A model generated the notes under the pieces. It ran no database searches, had not been told where the DNA came from, and worked only from the letters and a program-made list of their open reading frames with translations. A stretch of DNA of 64,000 nt from Bacillus sp. (in: firmicutes) (lineage in GTDB: Bacteria; Bacillota; Bacilli; Bacillales; Salisediminibacteriaceae). Shown here one piece after another: positions 10,676 to 21,508 of the stretch (position 1 is the stretch's first letter; every line of letters begins with the position of its first letter). The translations under genes were made by a program, and so were the position numbers. The stretch is from contig PWLM01000040.1 of assembly GCA_003560495.1 (NCBI GenBank), positions 8,663 to 72,662 of the forward strand, in the 5' to 3' direction.

Positions 10676-11473
10676 CTATGAATTAAGCTCTGCTATAAAG
10701 CTGCGGATTTCTTCAAGTGCAGCTTCTTTCCGAGTACTGCTGCGAAGCTCTTCTGCTCTATCAGAAATAAATTTGACGAGTGCGCTTCCTACAATGGCGC
10801 CGTCAGCAATTTCCTGAAAAAAGCGCACATGCTCTTTTTTGGATATACCAAACCCGGCGAGTACAGGAACTTCCGCTGTCTTTTTCAGTTCGTTAATTGT
10901 TTCTTCCAGTTTTTCGGCAAAATTCTCCCTGGCTCCTGTAACTCCTAGAGAAGTTACGTAATAAATAAATCCATCTCCCAGCCGGCTGATTTTTTCCATG
11001 CGGGTTCCGGAACTCGGAGCCACAAGCGATATTAAAGATATACCATATTCATGACATAATTCTCTCAGTTCAACACTTTCTTCAAAAGGCAGATCCGGAA
11101 TCAGTATACCATCCATTCCGGCAGTGTTCATTTTTTCCAGTACTTCTTTAAAGCCAAGTGAAAGAACAGGATTAATATAAGTAAAGAGTACGAGCGGTAC
11201 GGTAAGACCTCTTTCTCTTGCTTCAGCAGCTCCTTTGAGTGCCTGGCGGAGACTACCACCTTCTTTACGCGCCTCTTCACCTGCCTCCTGGATTACCGGT
11301 CCGTCAGCCAGCGGGTCACTGAAAGGCACCCCCCATTCTATAGCACTGACACCTGCTTCTTCCAATGTCAGCGCTATATCAATCGATGCTTCGTAAGTCG
11401 GATGACTGCTCATTATATAGGGAACAAATCTTTTCTCCGCATGTTTGAAGGTTTTTTCTGCAAGACGGTTCAT
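10676..11473 (-). CDS. trpA: Tryptophan synthase alpha subunit
   Basis: [40 protein letters not shown]. Confidence 0.97.
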   Translation of the reverse strand: MNRLAEKTFKHAEKRFVPYIMSSHPTYEASIDIALTLEEAGVSAIEWGVPFSDPLADGPVIQEAGEEARKEGGSLRQALKGAAEARERGLTVPLVLFTYINPVLSLGFKEVLEKMNTAGMDGILIPDLPFEESVELRELCHEYGISLISLVAPSSGTRMEKISRLGDGFIYYVTSLGVTGARENFAEKLEETINELKKTAEVPVLAGFGISKKEHVRFFQEIADGAIVGSALVKFISDRAEELRSSTRKEAALEEIRSFIAELNS

Positions 11474-13293
11474 TCGTTCTCCTCCAGTACTCTCTGAATT
11501 GTTTGAACATCTTTGTCTCCACGTCCGGAAAGACAGACGAGGATAATTTCTTCTTTATTCATTTTTGGCGCTGCTTTCTCCACGTGAGCCAGAGCATGGG
11601 CCGTTTCTACTGCCGGAAGAATTCCCTCCAGCTGACAGAGAGTCTGCAGAGCGGCCATCGCTTCACTGTCGGTGGCAGGCACGTAGTTTACGCGTTTTGT
11701 TTCATGAAGATGAGCATGCTCCGGTCCAATTCCTGGATAGTCCAGCCCAGCTGAAATGGAATACGGCTCGGTGATGTTCCCGTCCTCATCCTGAAGAAGA
11801 TAGGAAAGGGAACCGTGCAGTACTCCTTTTCTGCCTTTGGAAAGAGTAGCTGCATGAAGCGAAGTATCCACTCCTTTGCCGGCAGCTTCCACGCCCGTGA
11901 GTTTTACTTCTTCGTCCTCAAGAAAAGGATGGAACATCCCGATTGCATTGCTGCCGCCGCCAACACAGGCCACGACTTCATCGGGAAGCTTCCCTGTACG
12001 TTCGAGAAGCTGACGTCTGCTTTCTGATCCAATTACGCTTTGAAAATCTCTTACGATCATCGGATACGGATGCGGACCTACAACACTTCCTATTAAATAA
12101 AAAGTGTCTTCCACATTTGCGACCCAGTGACGGATAGCTTCATTCGTTGCATCTTTAAGCGTACGCCCTCCTGAAGTCACTTCGATTACTTCGGCACCGA
12201 GAAGCCTCATCCGGAACACATTCAGCTCCTGGCGCTTCATATCTTCGGCACCCATAAAGACTTTACAGCTTAATCCGAATCTTGCTGCTACGGTAGCTGA
12301 AGCAACACCATGCTGCCCGGCCCCTGTTTCAGCGATAATCTGGTTTTTACCCATCTTTTTTGCAAGCAGTGCCTGTCCCAGCGCATTGTTGATTTTATGC
12401 GCTCCGGTATGATTTAAATCTTCCCGTTTCAAATAAATCCGGGCCCCTCCGAAATGTTCCGTCAGTCTTTCAGCATAGGTAACAGCAGTAGGCCGTCCCG
12501 AATATTCACTCAGTTCTTTCCATAGATCGTTATGAAACTGCTCATCCTCTTTGATGCTATTGTAAGCTTCTTCCAGCTCTTCAAGAGCGTACATTAAAGT
12601 TTCCGGGACGTACTTCCCACCGAATGAGCCATATCTTCCGAGAGCGTCAGGTGCCTGGTAGCTTTTTTTTGCAGCTTCTGACATGATCATCATCTTCCTT
12701 TCATCATTTCGTTCGTCTGTTTCGATACCTGAAGAAACATCTATACCATGCGGTTCAAAGGCGAGAAGATCTTTTATATTATCCGGAGTGATGCCCCCCG
12801 CTATGAGGCAGAAAACATTTTGTTCAGCTGCTTCCTTCGTGTAGGCAGGGACTGCTTCCCAGTCAAAGGAAGTCCCTGTTCCACCCCACGCAGCCGGTGT
12901 TTTCGTATCGATAATGTACCCGTCGACGATACCTTCAAACAATCTCATCTGCTCCATCGCTTCACTGCTGTGATGAATCGTTTTAAAAATAGTGAGTGAA
13001 GTTTCTTTTTTGAGATTTTTTACTTCGTCAGGTGTCTCGGATCCATGCAGCTGAATACCATCAATACCGGCCTGCAGTGATGTTTTCTTTATAATTTCCG
13101 GAGATTCGTTTACAAATACACCAATGAGCTTTTTACTGCCTGATGCATTGGAAATTTTCCATGCTTTCACTTGAGAGGCAGTGACCCTTCGTTTACTATC
13201 TGCAAAGATAAAGCCGATAAAATCGGCTTTTGATCGCAGAGCAGCTTTATAATCTTCTTCTGAACGTGTACCGCAGAATTTAATCAGCGTCAT
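11470..13293 (-). CDS. trpB: Fused phosphoribosylanthranilate isomerase (TrpF) - tryptophan synthase beta (TrpB)
   Basis: First ~205 aa are TrpF ([32 protein letters not shown]); remainder is TrpB ([40 protein letters not shown]); no stop codon between them. Confidence 0.93.
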   Translation of the reverse strand: MTLIKFCGTRSEEDYKAALRSKADFIGFIFADSKRRVTASQVKAWKISNASGSKKLIGVFVNESPEIIKKTSLQAGIDGIQLHGSETPDEVKNLKKETSLTIFKTIHHSSEAMEQMRLFEGIVDGYIIDTKTPAAWGGTGTSFDWEAVPAYTKEAAEQNVFCLIAGGITPDNIKDLLAFEPHGIDVSSGIETDERNDERKMMIMSEAAKKSYQAPDALGRYGSFGGKYVPETLMYALEELEEAYNSIKEDEQFHNDLWKELSEYSGRPTAVTYAERLTEHFGGARIYLKREDLNHTGAHKINNALGQALLAKKMGKNQIIAETGAGQHGVASATVAARFGLSCKVFMGAEDMKRQELNVFRMRLLGAEVIEVTSGGRTLKDATNEAIRHWVANVEDTFYLIGSVVGPHPYPMIVRDFQSVIGSESRRQLLERTGKLPDEVVACVGGGSNAIGMFHPFLEDEEVKLTGVEAAGKGVDTSLHAATLSKGRKGVLHGSLSYLLQDEDGNITEPYSISAGLDYPGIGPEHAHLHETKRVNYVPATDSEAMAALQTLCQLEGILPAVETAHALAHVEKAAPKMNKEEIILVCLSGRGDKDVQTIQRVLEENE

Positions 13294-14059
13294 GAGTGCC
13301 TCCGAAAAGAGATTCCAGAAACTGCTTTTTATCCGCGCTTTTCATAAAACCTTCTCCAACGAGCAGTCCTTCGGCGCCTGCTTCCCTAAGATAATCGGCG
13401 TCCGCTTTTGTGTGTACCCCGCTTTCACTTACGAGCAGCGTATTTTCAGGGAGATACGGCTTCAGCCTGGACGTTGTTTTCAAGTCCGTTTCAAAAGTAT
13501 TAAGGTCACGGTTATTGATGCCGATAAGTTCCGGGGTCACATGGCTGAAAACCTTTTCGATTTCTTTTTCATTATGCACTTCCACAAGAACTTCCATCCC
13601 AAGCTCAACCGCCTGGCTGTAGAGCTCCTTCAACTGTGGTCCATCAAGAATTGCAGCGATCAACAGGATGGCGTCTGCCCCGATTTTTTCTGATTCACGG
13701 ACCTGGATTTCATCAATAATAAAATCTTTCCTCAGAACAGGCACATTTACCTGTTGTTTAATTTTTGTTAAATAGTCTGCTTTTCCCTGAAAAAAATCTT
13801 TATCTGTTAAAACAGAGATGCCTGCAGCATGAAGAGCTTCATACTGCAGGGCTGTTTCTACCGGCTGGAATTTTTCCGTCAAAATGCCTCTCGATGGTGA
13901 AGCCTTTTTCACTTCGGCAATAATTCCAAGCGGCCACGTGGACTGTTTCAATGATCGGTAAAGAGATTTCTTTGAGGTGTTTACAAGCCTTTCTGCAGGC
14001 ACCTCAATTGCTGGAATTTCTTCTTTCTTTCTGGCAGTAATAGTATTGAGTATAGTCAT
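13280..14059 (-). CDS. trpC: Indole-3-glycerol phosphate synthase
   Basis: [32 protein letters not shown]. Confidence 0.97.
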   Translation of the reverse strand: MTILNTITARKKEEIPAIEVPAERLVNTSKKSLYRSLKQSTWPLGIIAEVKKASPSRGILTEKFQPVETALQYEALHAAGISVLTDKDFFQGKADYLTKIKQQVNVPVLRKDFIIDEIQVRESEKIGADAILLIAAILDGPQLKELYSQAVELGMEVLVEVHNEKEIEKVFSHVTPELIGINNRDLNTFETDLKTTSRLKPYLPENTLLVSESGVHTKADADYLREAGAEGLLVGEGFMKSADKKQFLESLFGGTHDAD

Positions 14060-15066
14060 CCTACATTAGCCCCTTCTCTCTGCATCGCTTCCAAATGAGC
14101 CAGAACCGTTTTACCAAGAGCATTTTCAGCAGCGGCCACACCCTCTTTAATGGAGTCGGTTTTTCCAGCCGTGTATAAAGCTGCACCTGCGTTGAGAAGC
14201 AGCAGATCCACAGCTGCTCCCGGTGCTTCTTTCTGAAATATTCGTTTAATAAGCGCCGCACTCTCTGACGGTGTATTTACTACCGCTTCGTTAATGGAGT
14301 GTCTCGACAGGCCGGCATCCTCCGGAGTATATTCATACTCAGTTATATTTCTTCCGTTCTTTTCTACAACAAACGTCCTGCCCTGTACAGTAAATTCATC
14401 CATGCCATCTTCACCGGCAACAAAGAGAGCACGTTCTATCGGAAGCTCCATCGACGCTTCCGCCATCTTTCGGGCGGCATCTAAACTGTAAACGCCTATC
14501 ACCCGGCGGGAAGCCTGAGCCGGGTTGGTTAAAGGACCCAGAAGGTTAAAAATCGTTTTCTGCTTCAGCGCTTTTCTTACAGGAGCTACGTTTTTCATAG
14601 CTTCATGATAGACCGGGGCATAAAAGAAAGTGAGTGAATGATCCTGCAGGCTTAAGGCTGCTTCCTGTTCACTGTTCTGAAAAGGAACACCAAGTTTCTC
14701 CAGCACATCTGCGCTGCCGGTTTTCGATGAAACACTCCGGTTGCCGTGTTTAGCTACTTTAACGCCTAAAGAACTCAAAAGAATGGCCGAAGCTGTGGAT
14801 ATATTGTACGTTCCGGAAGCATCCCCTCCGGTTCCGCACGTATCCAGCACTTCGTAAGGAAGAGAGACGTTTTTCGCTTTAGCGAGCATTCCCTGGGCAA
14901 ACCCTGTTATTTCCTCTGCTGTCTCACCTCTGTAAGCCATAACTGAAAGTACAGCCGCCATTTCTTCTCTGCTCATTCTGCCTTCCATCATCTGCATTAC
15001 AATTTCCCTCGACTCAGCTGCGGTCAGACGGCTCCCCGACAAGACCTTTTCTAGTGTCATTTTCAA
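14056..15066 (-). CDS. trpD: Anthranilate phosphoribosyltransferase
   Basis: DTCGTGGD, NIST, KHGNRSVSSKTGSAD. Confidence 0.97.
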   Translation of the reverse strand: MKMTLEKVLSGSRLTAAESREIVMQMMEGRMSREEMAAVLSVMAYRGETAEEITGFAQGMLAKAKNVSLPYEVLDTCGTGGDASGTYNISTASAILLSSLGVKVAKHGNRSVSSKTGSADVLEKLGVPFQNSEQEAALSLQDHSLTFFYAPVYHEAMKNVAPVRKALKQKTIFNLLGPLTNPAQASRRVIGVYSLDAARKMAEASMELPIERALFVAGEDGMDEFTVQGRTFVVEKNGRNITEYEYTPEDAGLSRHSINEAVVNTPSESAALIKRIFQKEAPGAAVDLLLLNAGAALYTAGKTDSIKEGVAAAENALGKTVLAHLEAMQREGANVG

Positions 15067-16561
15067 TGACCTCCTCTTTAGCTATTCTCTGCTCTGCCAG
15101 TTTAATGGCGTATATTAAAGCCTTTGCTTTGTTTCTCGTCTCTTCCCATTCCATTTCCGGAATGGAATCCTGAACAATTCCTGCCCCCGCCTGAACGTAG
15201 GCGGTTTGATCCTTAAGAACTATGGTACGAATAGCGATGCAGGAATCCATCGCTTTATTAAAACCGTAATAAGCTACAGCTCCGGCATAAACGCCACGCG
15301 ACTGCTTCTCAAGTTCCTGAATGATTTCCACTGCCCTGACTTTCGGCGCGCCGGAAACTGTGCCGGCAGGGTGCGTTGATAACAGTGCCTCAAAGGGGTG
15401 AATCGATTCCTGCAGACGGCCGGTCACTTTCGTCGTCAAATGCATAACGTGGGAAAAATAAGATATATGCATCATATCGTGTACACGGATGCTCCCGTAT
15501 TCACTTATCCGTCCCAGATCGTTACGGGCCAGATCCACTAGCATTAAGTGCTCTGCTTTTTCTTTTTCATCTGCGGCAAGTTCCGCGGCGAGCTTCTCGT
15601 CTTCTTCCCTGTTTCTGCCTCTTTTTCTGGTACCGGCAATCGGATGAATTTCCAGGCCGCGGCTCTTATCCACTTTTACAAGTCGTTCCGGTGAACTTCC
15701 GATGACTTCCTGCTCCGGAAAACGTATATAATACAAATACGGGCTCGGGTTAATTTTTCTTAACACTCTGTAAAGATCCAGTCCGCTTGATCGTACCGGC
15801 ACTTCGAATCTCTGAGAGAGCACCGTCTGAAATACATCACCGGCTGCAATATATTCTTTGATTTTCTTTACATCCGCTTCGTAACCTTCTTTAGTATAAT
15901 TGGAAGAAACACCACGGAAGATATCCTCATTCAACGTTTCTTCCACCGGAACCGCAGGAAGTGTTCTTCCTGAACCTCTGTCAATTTTTTCAATAAGTGT
16001 CTGGATTTTCTCTACTGCTTTCCGATAGGAAGCACCTCCACCGTCTGCAGTGTTTTGAAAATGCATCAGTGTAAGCTCTTCTTTTTCATGATGGTAGGCA
16101 AGAACCGTTTCACAGAACATAAAATACACGTCGTTCGTGCTGCTTTCCAGACCTGCAGTTCTCGGTTCATAAAACCGGAATCCTTCAAAACCGAGATAGC
16201 CAACCGCTCCACCTGGAAAAGGCAGATCAGGGAGGTTTTCCGATACGTTAAAATCCTTCATCGTACGTTCCCACGCCGCCTGAAGGCTCTCCTCCTGCCA
16301 CAGCTCTCTGCCTGATACGTCATAGCAGGAAAACCCTGTTTCTGAGTCCTTTAAAAACTGCATTGGATTCAGTCCGATAAATGAATAACTGGACCAGGAA
16401 GAGAGAGGATCCCTGCTTTCCAATAAAAAAGAAGCTTCTTCGTCAAAGAGTTGAAATAATTGTATAGGGGTTTTTGTATCTGCCACTACTGTAGTAGTAA
16501 CTGGTATAGTCGTACTGTTTGCAGCCTGTTTTATAAATTCCTGTTCGGTTATGGAAATCAT
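15014..16561 (-). CDS. trpE: Anthranilate synthase component I
   Basis: LLES, GGAVG, NPSPY, PIAGTR, EH.MLVDLARND, PAGTVSGAPK. Confidence 0.97.
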   Translation of the reverse strand: MISITEQEFIKQAANSTTIPVTTTVVADTKTPIQLFQLFDEEASFLLESRDPLSSWSSYSFIGLNPMQFLKDSETGFSCYDVSGRELWQEESLQAAWERTMKDFNVSENLPDLPFPGGAVGYLGFEGFRFYEPRTAGLESSTNDVYFMFCETVLAYHHEKEELTLMHFQNTADGGGASYRKAVEKIQTLIEKIDRGSGRTLPAVPVEETLNEDIFRGVSSNYTKEGYEADVKKIKEYIAAGDVFQTVLSQRFEVPVRSSGLDLYRVLRKINPSPYLYYIRFPEQEVIGSSPERLVKVDKSRGLEIHPIAGTRKRGRNREEDEKLAAELAADEKEKAEHLMLVDLARNDLGRISEYGSIRVHDMMHISYFSHVMHLTTKVTGRLQESIHPFEALLSTHPAGTVSGAPKVRAVEIIQELEKQSRGVYAGAVAYYGFNKAMDSCIAIRTIVLKDQTAYVQAGAGIVQDSIPEMEWEETRNKAKALIYAIKLAEQRIAKEEVIENDTRKGLVGEPSDRS

Positions 16562-16568
16562 TTATTCA

Positions 16569-16591
16569 CCTCATCCTGTCTCGAGATGAAG
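16569..16591 (-). promoter_or_regulatory. trpE Shine-Dalgarno-blocking hairpin
   Basis: mRNA CUUCAUCU...GGAUGAGG pairing covers the GAGG of the trpE RBS. Confidence 0.55.
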
Positions 16592-16642
16592 CATTTTAAG
16601 AGGGGGGAGTAAAGATGGAGATACCCTTAACAAGATTTTTCT

Positions 16643-16684
16643 AAAAAGAAAAACCCAATCCGGGCGGACGTGCGTTGTGGTCTC
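16643..16684 (-). terminator. Putative trp attenuator terminator
   Basis: mRNA GAGACC...UCCG-CC-CGGA..GGUUUUUCUUUUU directly after the TRAP repeats; stem imperfect. Confidence 0.45.
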
Positions 16685-16739
16685 AGCTCATCTGCTCTCT
16701 ACTCTGTCTCTGCTTCTCTCTGCTCTGCTAAACTAACTA
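16682..16739 (-). promoter_or_regulatory. TRAP (MtrB) binding site in trp leader
   Basis: About 12 NAG triplets, mostly 2-nt spaced: UAG u UAG uu UAG ca GAG ca GAG ag AAG ca GAG aca GAG ua GAG ag CAG au GAG cu GAG; mtrB is present in the window. Confidence 0.9.
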
Positions 16740-16748
16740 TTAGCGACT

Positions 16749-16778
16749 ATACTAACGCTGTCTGTTCCCTTTTGTCAA
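16749..16778 (-). promoter_or_regulatory. SigA promoter of trp operon, inside aroH 3' end
   Basis: TTGACA-N18-TAGTAT; -35 lies in the aroH 'SLTK' codons, as in B. subtilis. Confidence 0.7.
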
Positions 16779-17135
16779 GGAAAGATCCGGCCGGAGCTTT
16801 TCAGCTTCATTTAAATAAATATGGATAACGTCTTTTTGTCCCCTGTCCGTTTCTGCTGTCACCATCAGTCTGATACAAAATGGCAGGCTTCCCGGAACAG
16901 GTATCTCCCTCGCACACATTACCGGTACGAATTGATAGCCCGGCATATCCCTCAGCGACCTGGCTGGAAAAGTGGCTGTCAGATCGTCAGTTACCGTTAT
17001 CATGACGTGAGAGATATGCTCCGGTGAGAGACCATTCTGCTCTTCAATTTTACGCATCAATTCTTCTGTTGCTTTCAAAATTTCGTCTTTGTTATCTCCT
17101 GCTACGGTTGTTGCACCCCGTATTCCCCTTATCAT
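16752..17135 (-). CDS. aroH: AroH-type chorismate mutase
   Basis: MIRGIRGATTV, DL.ATFPA, EIPVPGSLP.CIR, LRPDL. Confidence 0.96.
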   Translation of the reverse strand: MIRGIRGATTVAGDNKDEILKATEELMRKIEEQNGLSPEHISHVMITVTDDLTATFPARSLRDMPGYQFVPVMCAREIPVPGSLPFCIRLMVTAETDRGQKDVIHIYLNEAEKLRPDLSLTKGNRQR

Positions 17136-18217
17136 TCTGTCACCCCGTTTTCCAGCAGATGCAGCAGAGTTTTTTCTGCTGTCCTTTTCAAAACAGGCCG
17201 GCCGACTTCTTCAAGCAGTACAAAATTAATTTTTCCACCGGCTGTTTTTTTATCTTTTTTCATTAACTGTATCAGCTTTTCAGCTTCAGCCTGTTTCTCA
17301 AGGTCCAGACTGTATCCGAGACTGTTCAGATATTCACGGAGCTGCTTTTCAGGGAGTGCCGCATCCAGTTCCCTGCGGCTGAGCCTTACAGCGAAGATCA
17401 TGCCGGAGGCGACTGCTTCTCCGTGGGTGAGTTTTCCATATCCGGCATAGGATTCGAGCGCATGACCGAGCGTGTGGCCGAAATTCAAATAAGCTCTTAT
17501 CCCGCTCTCCCGCTCATCTTTCTGCACCACGTCTGCTTTTACCTGAATCGATCTTTTCAGAAGCTCTTTAAGACGGGTTCCTTCCAGCAGAGAAAGATCC
17601 TGGACATTGTCTATCAGCCAGTTTAAGAATTGTTTATCAGAAATCAGTGCATGCTTTACAACTTCTGCATAACCAGAACGCCACTCCTCCGGCGGCAGAG
17701 ACCGAAGCATTTCCGGGTCGTATATCACCCCGTGCGGAGGATGAAAAGCACCGACCATGTTTTTTGCCGAGGGATGATTGATCCCAGTTTTCCCTCCCAC
17801 ACTGCTGTCGTGGGCGAGAAGCGTAGTCGGGATCTGAATAAACGGTATGCCCCGCATATACGTGGCGGCCGTAAACCCTGCAATATCCCCTGCAACTCCC
17901 CCACCAAAAGCAAGGATAACTGATTTCCGGTCCAGCCCCTGTTCCAGGCACTCTGTTATCAGCCGTTCATACTCTGCGAATGATTTGGACATTTCACCTG
18001 CGGGAAGCATTGTGTAATCCGGCCTGCTTTCCTCGGGAAATGAAGACAGTATATCTTCTATATAAAGCTTCCCTACATTTTCATCGGCTATGATAAAAAC
18101 CTTCGTGTAGTCCGGAACGGCTTTTTTCACTAGCTCGGCGGTATGATGCCGGATACCGTCTTCTATCCATACCGGATAGGAATGCGAGGCACTGTGAATA
18201 AGAAGACTCTCGTTCAT
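17132..18217 (-). CDS. aroB: 3-dehydroquinate synthase (true start ATG 18217)
   Basis: GGGVAGD, PTTLLA.DSSVGGKTG, LNFGHTLGHA, HGEAV. Confidence 0.96.
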   Translation of the reverse strand: MNESLLIHSASHSYPVWIEDGIRHHTAELVKKAVPDYTKVFIIADENVGKLYIEDILSSFPEESRPDYTMLPAGEMSKSFAEYERLITECLEQGLDRKSVILAFGGGVAGDIAGFTAATYMRGIPFIQIPTTLLAHDSSVGGKTGINHPSAKNMVGAFHPPHGVIYDPEMLRSLPPEEWRSGYAEVVKHALISDKQFLNWLIDNVQDLSLLEGTRLKELLKRSIQVKADVVQKDERESGIRAYLNFGHTLGHALESYAGYGKLTHGEAVASGMIFAVRLSRRELDAALPEKQLREYLNSLGYSLDLEKQAEAEKLIQLMKKDKKTAGGKINFVLLEEVGRPVLKRTAEKTLLHLLENGVTE

Positions 18218-18218
18218 T

Positions 18219-19391
18219 TTAAAAATTCCTCGCTTCCTCCTGATAATGGTTGTAGGCAGCATGAATATCATCCATTGTGTCTGATCCGAATTTTTCCAAG
18301 AAGGCGTCTGCCAGCTCCCACGCTACTGCCGCTTCACACACAACTGCGGCTGCAGGTACTGCACAGCTGTCTGATCTTTCTATAGAAGCAGTGAACGGTT
18401 CTTTGGAATCAATATCCACACTCTGCAGAGGTTTATAGAGCGTAGGGATAGGCTTCATTGCTCCATGGACGACAACCGGCATTCCATTGGTCATTCCGCC
18501 TTCAAAGCCACCCAGCCGATTGGATTTTCTATAAAAACCTCTTCCTTCATCATAGGTTATTTCATCGTGAACGTTACTTCCAAGCATCCGGGCCGCTTCA
18601 AAACCCAGACCTATTTCGATACCTTTAAAAGCATTGATACTCATGACAGACTGGGCAATTTTCCCGTCCAGTTTTCTATCATAATGCGCAAAGGAACCTA
18701 GACCGATCGGGACATTTTCTGCAATGACTTCAACAATCCCTCCGATGGAATCCCCGTTTTTCTTCGCATCGTCAATTGCTTTCTTCATTTTTTCCCCTGC
18801 TTCTTCATCAGAGCAGCGCACTTCCGAAGCTTCCGTTACTTTTTTAAGATCTTCCACTGATGAAAATTCTTTTCGATCTGCACGAATATTGCCTATTTCG
18901 AGGACGTGTCCCGTCATATTAATACCGAACTGTCTGAGGATAACCTGAGCAAGAGCTCCGACAGCAACCCTCACTGTCGTTTCTCTCGCACTGGATCTTT
19001 CCAGAACGTTCCTCATGTCGCGGTGCCGGTATTTCACCGCGCCGTTAAGATCTGCATGCCCGGGACGCGGACGGGTAATTTTTCGTTTTACCTCCTGAGC
19101 CTCTTCTTCACTGATCGGCTCTGCTCCCATAATTTTTGTCCAGTGAGTCCAGTCTTTATTCTCTACAGCAAGTGTGATAGGCGCACCTGTCGTTTTACCG
19201 TGACGCACACCGCTTAATATCTGCACCTGATCTTTTTCGATCTGCATTCGCCTTCCCCGTCCGTAACCTTTCTGTCTCCTGGCCAGATGCTCATTAATAT
19301 CTTCAGCCGTAAGCGGAAGCTGGGACGGAACTCCTTCAATAATAGCCGTCAACTGCGGCCCGTGGGATTCACCTGCTGTTAAAAATCGCAT
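18219..19391 (-). CDS. aroC: Chorismate synthase (B. subtilis aroF)
   Basis: [32 protein letters not shown]. Confidence 0.97.
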   Translation of the reverse strand: MRFLTAGESHGPQLTAIIEGVPSQLPLTAEDINEHLARRQKGYGRGRRMQIEKDQVQILSGVRHGKTTGAPITLAVENKDWTHWTKIMGAEPISEEEAQEVKRKITRPRPGHADLNGAVKYRHRDMRNVLERSSARETTVRVAVGALAQVILRQFGINMTGHVLEIGNIRADRKEFSSVEDLKKVTEASEVRCSDEEAGEKMKKAIDDAKKNGDSIGGIVEVIAENVPIGLGSFAHYDRKLDGKIAQSVMSINAFKGIEIGLGFEAARMLGSNVHDEITYDEGRGFYRKSNRLGGFEGGMTNGMPVVVHGAMKPIPTLYKPLQSVDIDSKEPFTASIERSDSCAVPAAAVVCEAAVAWELADAFLEKFGSDTMDDIHAAYNHYQEEARNF

Positions 19392-19983
19392 TACTATCTA
19401 CCTCTGCTTTCTTTATCGCTTTTATGTGTTAAATTATCTTATCCTCTATTGTTGACGAAATCAGCTTATTTTTCAAGGGGTAATGATAATTTAAAACGTG
19501 TTCCGGGGATAAATTTCGTTTCGTATGCGTGCTTAGTTATACAGTTTCTGCAGAACCGGCACCTCCTGTGCCATCGTTTAAGTTATTTAACAAATCGTTA
19601 ATCCCTCCAGGAAACTTTACTGCAAAGACTGCAGGAATTTTTAAACAATACATGCAGCTCAAAAGCTGCTCTTAAAAGGTCCACTATTCTACACCTTCCG
19701 AACGCTCTCTTTAATTTGCTTCGCCAGCAGTTCTATACCAATTTATGGTGCGTAGTAAACAGCTCTTACGTGAAGGATAACAGAACCTTACCTTTAAGTT
19801 AAACGAGACCGGTTCAAATCCGAAAATTGGTCTTAAAAACATTTTCATATGTGCTGAAGATATTAAAACTTTAATGCGGCTGCGAAAACAACAGTAAAAG
19901 TTCTTTATTATTTTTATCTTTTCATTATTTCTTACCGCCAGCATCGAAAAAGACACCCCCGGAGGAGTGCCTTCTTGTGAATC

Positions 19984-20421
19984 TTATACGTTCGCCGCTG
20001 AGCTTTGTTCAATAATTTCTTCACTGTTGAAGAAAAGGGAAATTTCGCGTTTTGCACTTTCCGGTGAATCCGATCCGTGGATAATGTTTTCTGATTTTAA
20101 AATGGCATAATCTCCTCGGATCGTACCGGGTGCAGCTTCCTTAGGATCCGTTTTGCCTATCATTTTGCGGGCTTCCTCGATGACGCCTTCTCCTTCCAGC
20201 ACCATGGCAAACACTGGACCGGAAGTAATAAATGATACAAGCTCCCCAAAAAAAGGACGCTCTTTATGTTCTGCATAATGAGTTTTTGCAAGATCTTCAG
20301 ACATCTGCATCAGCTTCGCACCGCAGATTGTATAGCCTTTCGCTTCAAATCGGGCCATTATTGAACTAGCCAGTCCTCTTTTAACACCATCAGGTTTTAC
20401 CATTACAAAAGATCTTTCCAT
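19984..20421 (-). CDS. ndk: Nucleoside diphosphate kinase (true start ATG 20421)
   Basis: [23 protein letters not shown]. Confidence 0.97.
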   Translation of the reverse strand: MERSFVMVKPDGVKRGLASSIMARFEAKGYTICGAKLMQMSEDLAKTHYAEHKERPFFGELVSFITSGPVFAMVLEGEGVIEEARKMIGKTDPKEAAPGTIRGDYAILKSENIIHGSDSPESAKREISLFFNSEEIIEQSSAANV

Positions 20422-20460
20422 TTTGACCACTCCTGCCTGCATAATATGTAATTCTATTCC

Positions 20461-20497
20461 ACTATAACAAAAGAAAGCCGCAGTGACAACGCTTTCA
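20461..20497 (-). promoter_or_regulatory. ndk SigA promoter with overlapping CcpA cre
   Basis: TTGTCA-N17-TATAGT with extended TG; TGAAAGCGTTGTCA (cre consensus) overlaps the -35. Confidence 0.6.
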
Positions 20498-20536
20498 ATA
20501 AAAGTGCGTAAAATACTCTGTGCCGGGGGCACAGAG

Positions 20537-21508
20537 TTAAAATTTTCTGCTGCCTATATAGACCGCAATCTTTTTTAAGGAAGCGTGCTGTTCTTCTTCT
20601 GGAATGATATCCAGCATACGCACAGCTTTTTCTACATACTTATCAGCCAGAGCTTTTGCTGCATCCACTGCACCGCTATCTCTGATAATGTCAATAGCCT
20701 GATTCACTTCAAGATTTTCCTCGGAAGGATTATGCATATAACGGTTAATGCTTTTTCTGAATTCCGGATTTTTCTCCATTGCATATAAGGCAGGATAAGT
20801 AATGTTTCCCTGGATAAGGTCACTTCCCGCAGGTTTGCCAAGTTCTTTTTCACTGCCGACAAAGTCCAGTATATCATCTGTTATTTGAAAAGCCATTCCT
20901 ACATAATATCCATACCATTTTAATGCATATTGAACAGATGGTGAAGCACCGGATACAAGGGCCCCGAGTTCACAGCTCACAGATATGAGCAGTGCTGTTT
21001 TACGCCGGATTCTTTTCAAATACTGCTTCAAAGTCTGCTCTGTACGAAACTGATCACGAATTTGTTCAATTTCTCCAATACACATTTCTTCCATGGCGTA
21101 GGAAAGTACCGGGTGTACTTGAGGATAGGAGCTGAACGCTGCTAGTTCTGTAGCTTTTGCAAAAATATAGTCGCCGGTGTACATCGCTACCCTGTTGTCC
21201 CACTGAGACTTTATTGTTTTCTTACCCCGGCGGACTTCAGCATTATCGATTACATCGTCATGTACGAGGGATGCCATATGGATCAGCTCCAGAGGCACAG
21301 CAACTTTTTTAATTTCTTCCAGATCATACGTACCGTACTGGGCACTTAAAAGCACAAATACCGGACGGATTCTTTTGCCGCCGGCTTTAAGAAGATGAGT
21401 AGAAGCTGCACGCAGCACAGGATGGTCCGCCTGCACCTGCGCCTCTATTTCTCTTTCCAGCTTAACTATGTCCGGGCGCAGATGCCGGTATATGTCTACT
21501 AGCTTCAT
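20537..21508 (-). CDS. hepT: Heptaprenyl diphosphate synthase component II
   Basis: [29 protein letters not shown]. Confidence 0.95.
   Translation of the reverse strand: MKLVDIYRHLRPDIVKLEREIEAQVQADHPVLRAASTHLLKAGGKRIRPVFVLLSAQYGTYDLEEIKKVAVPLELIHMASLVHDDVIDNAEVRRGKKTIKSQWDNRVAMYTGDYIFAKATELAAFSSYPQVHPVLSYAMEEMCIGEIEQIRDQFRTEQTLKQYLKRIRRKTALLISVSCELGALVSGASPSVQYALKWYGYYVGMAFQITDDILDFVGSEKELGKPAGSDLIQGNITYPALYAMEKNPEFRKSINRYMHNPSEENLEVNQAIDIIRDSGAVDAAKALADKYVEKAVRMLDIIPEEEQHASLKKIAVYIGSRKF

Noticed and set aside
16682-16739. Microsatellite or CRISPR-like repeat
   Set aside because: Fully explained as a TRAP-binding triplet array; no repeat-spacer arrays were seen anywhere in the window
19711-19956. 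81-aa ORF as a CheR remnant
   Set aside because: No CheR motifs or RBS; it overlaps the ndk terminator region and repeat motifs
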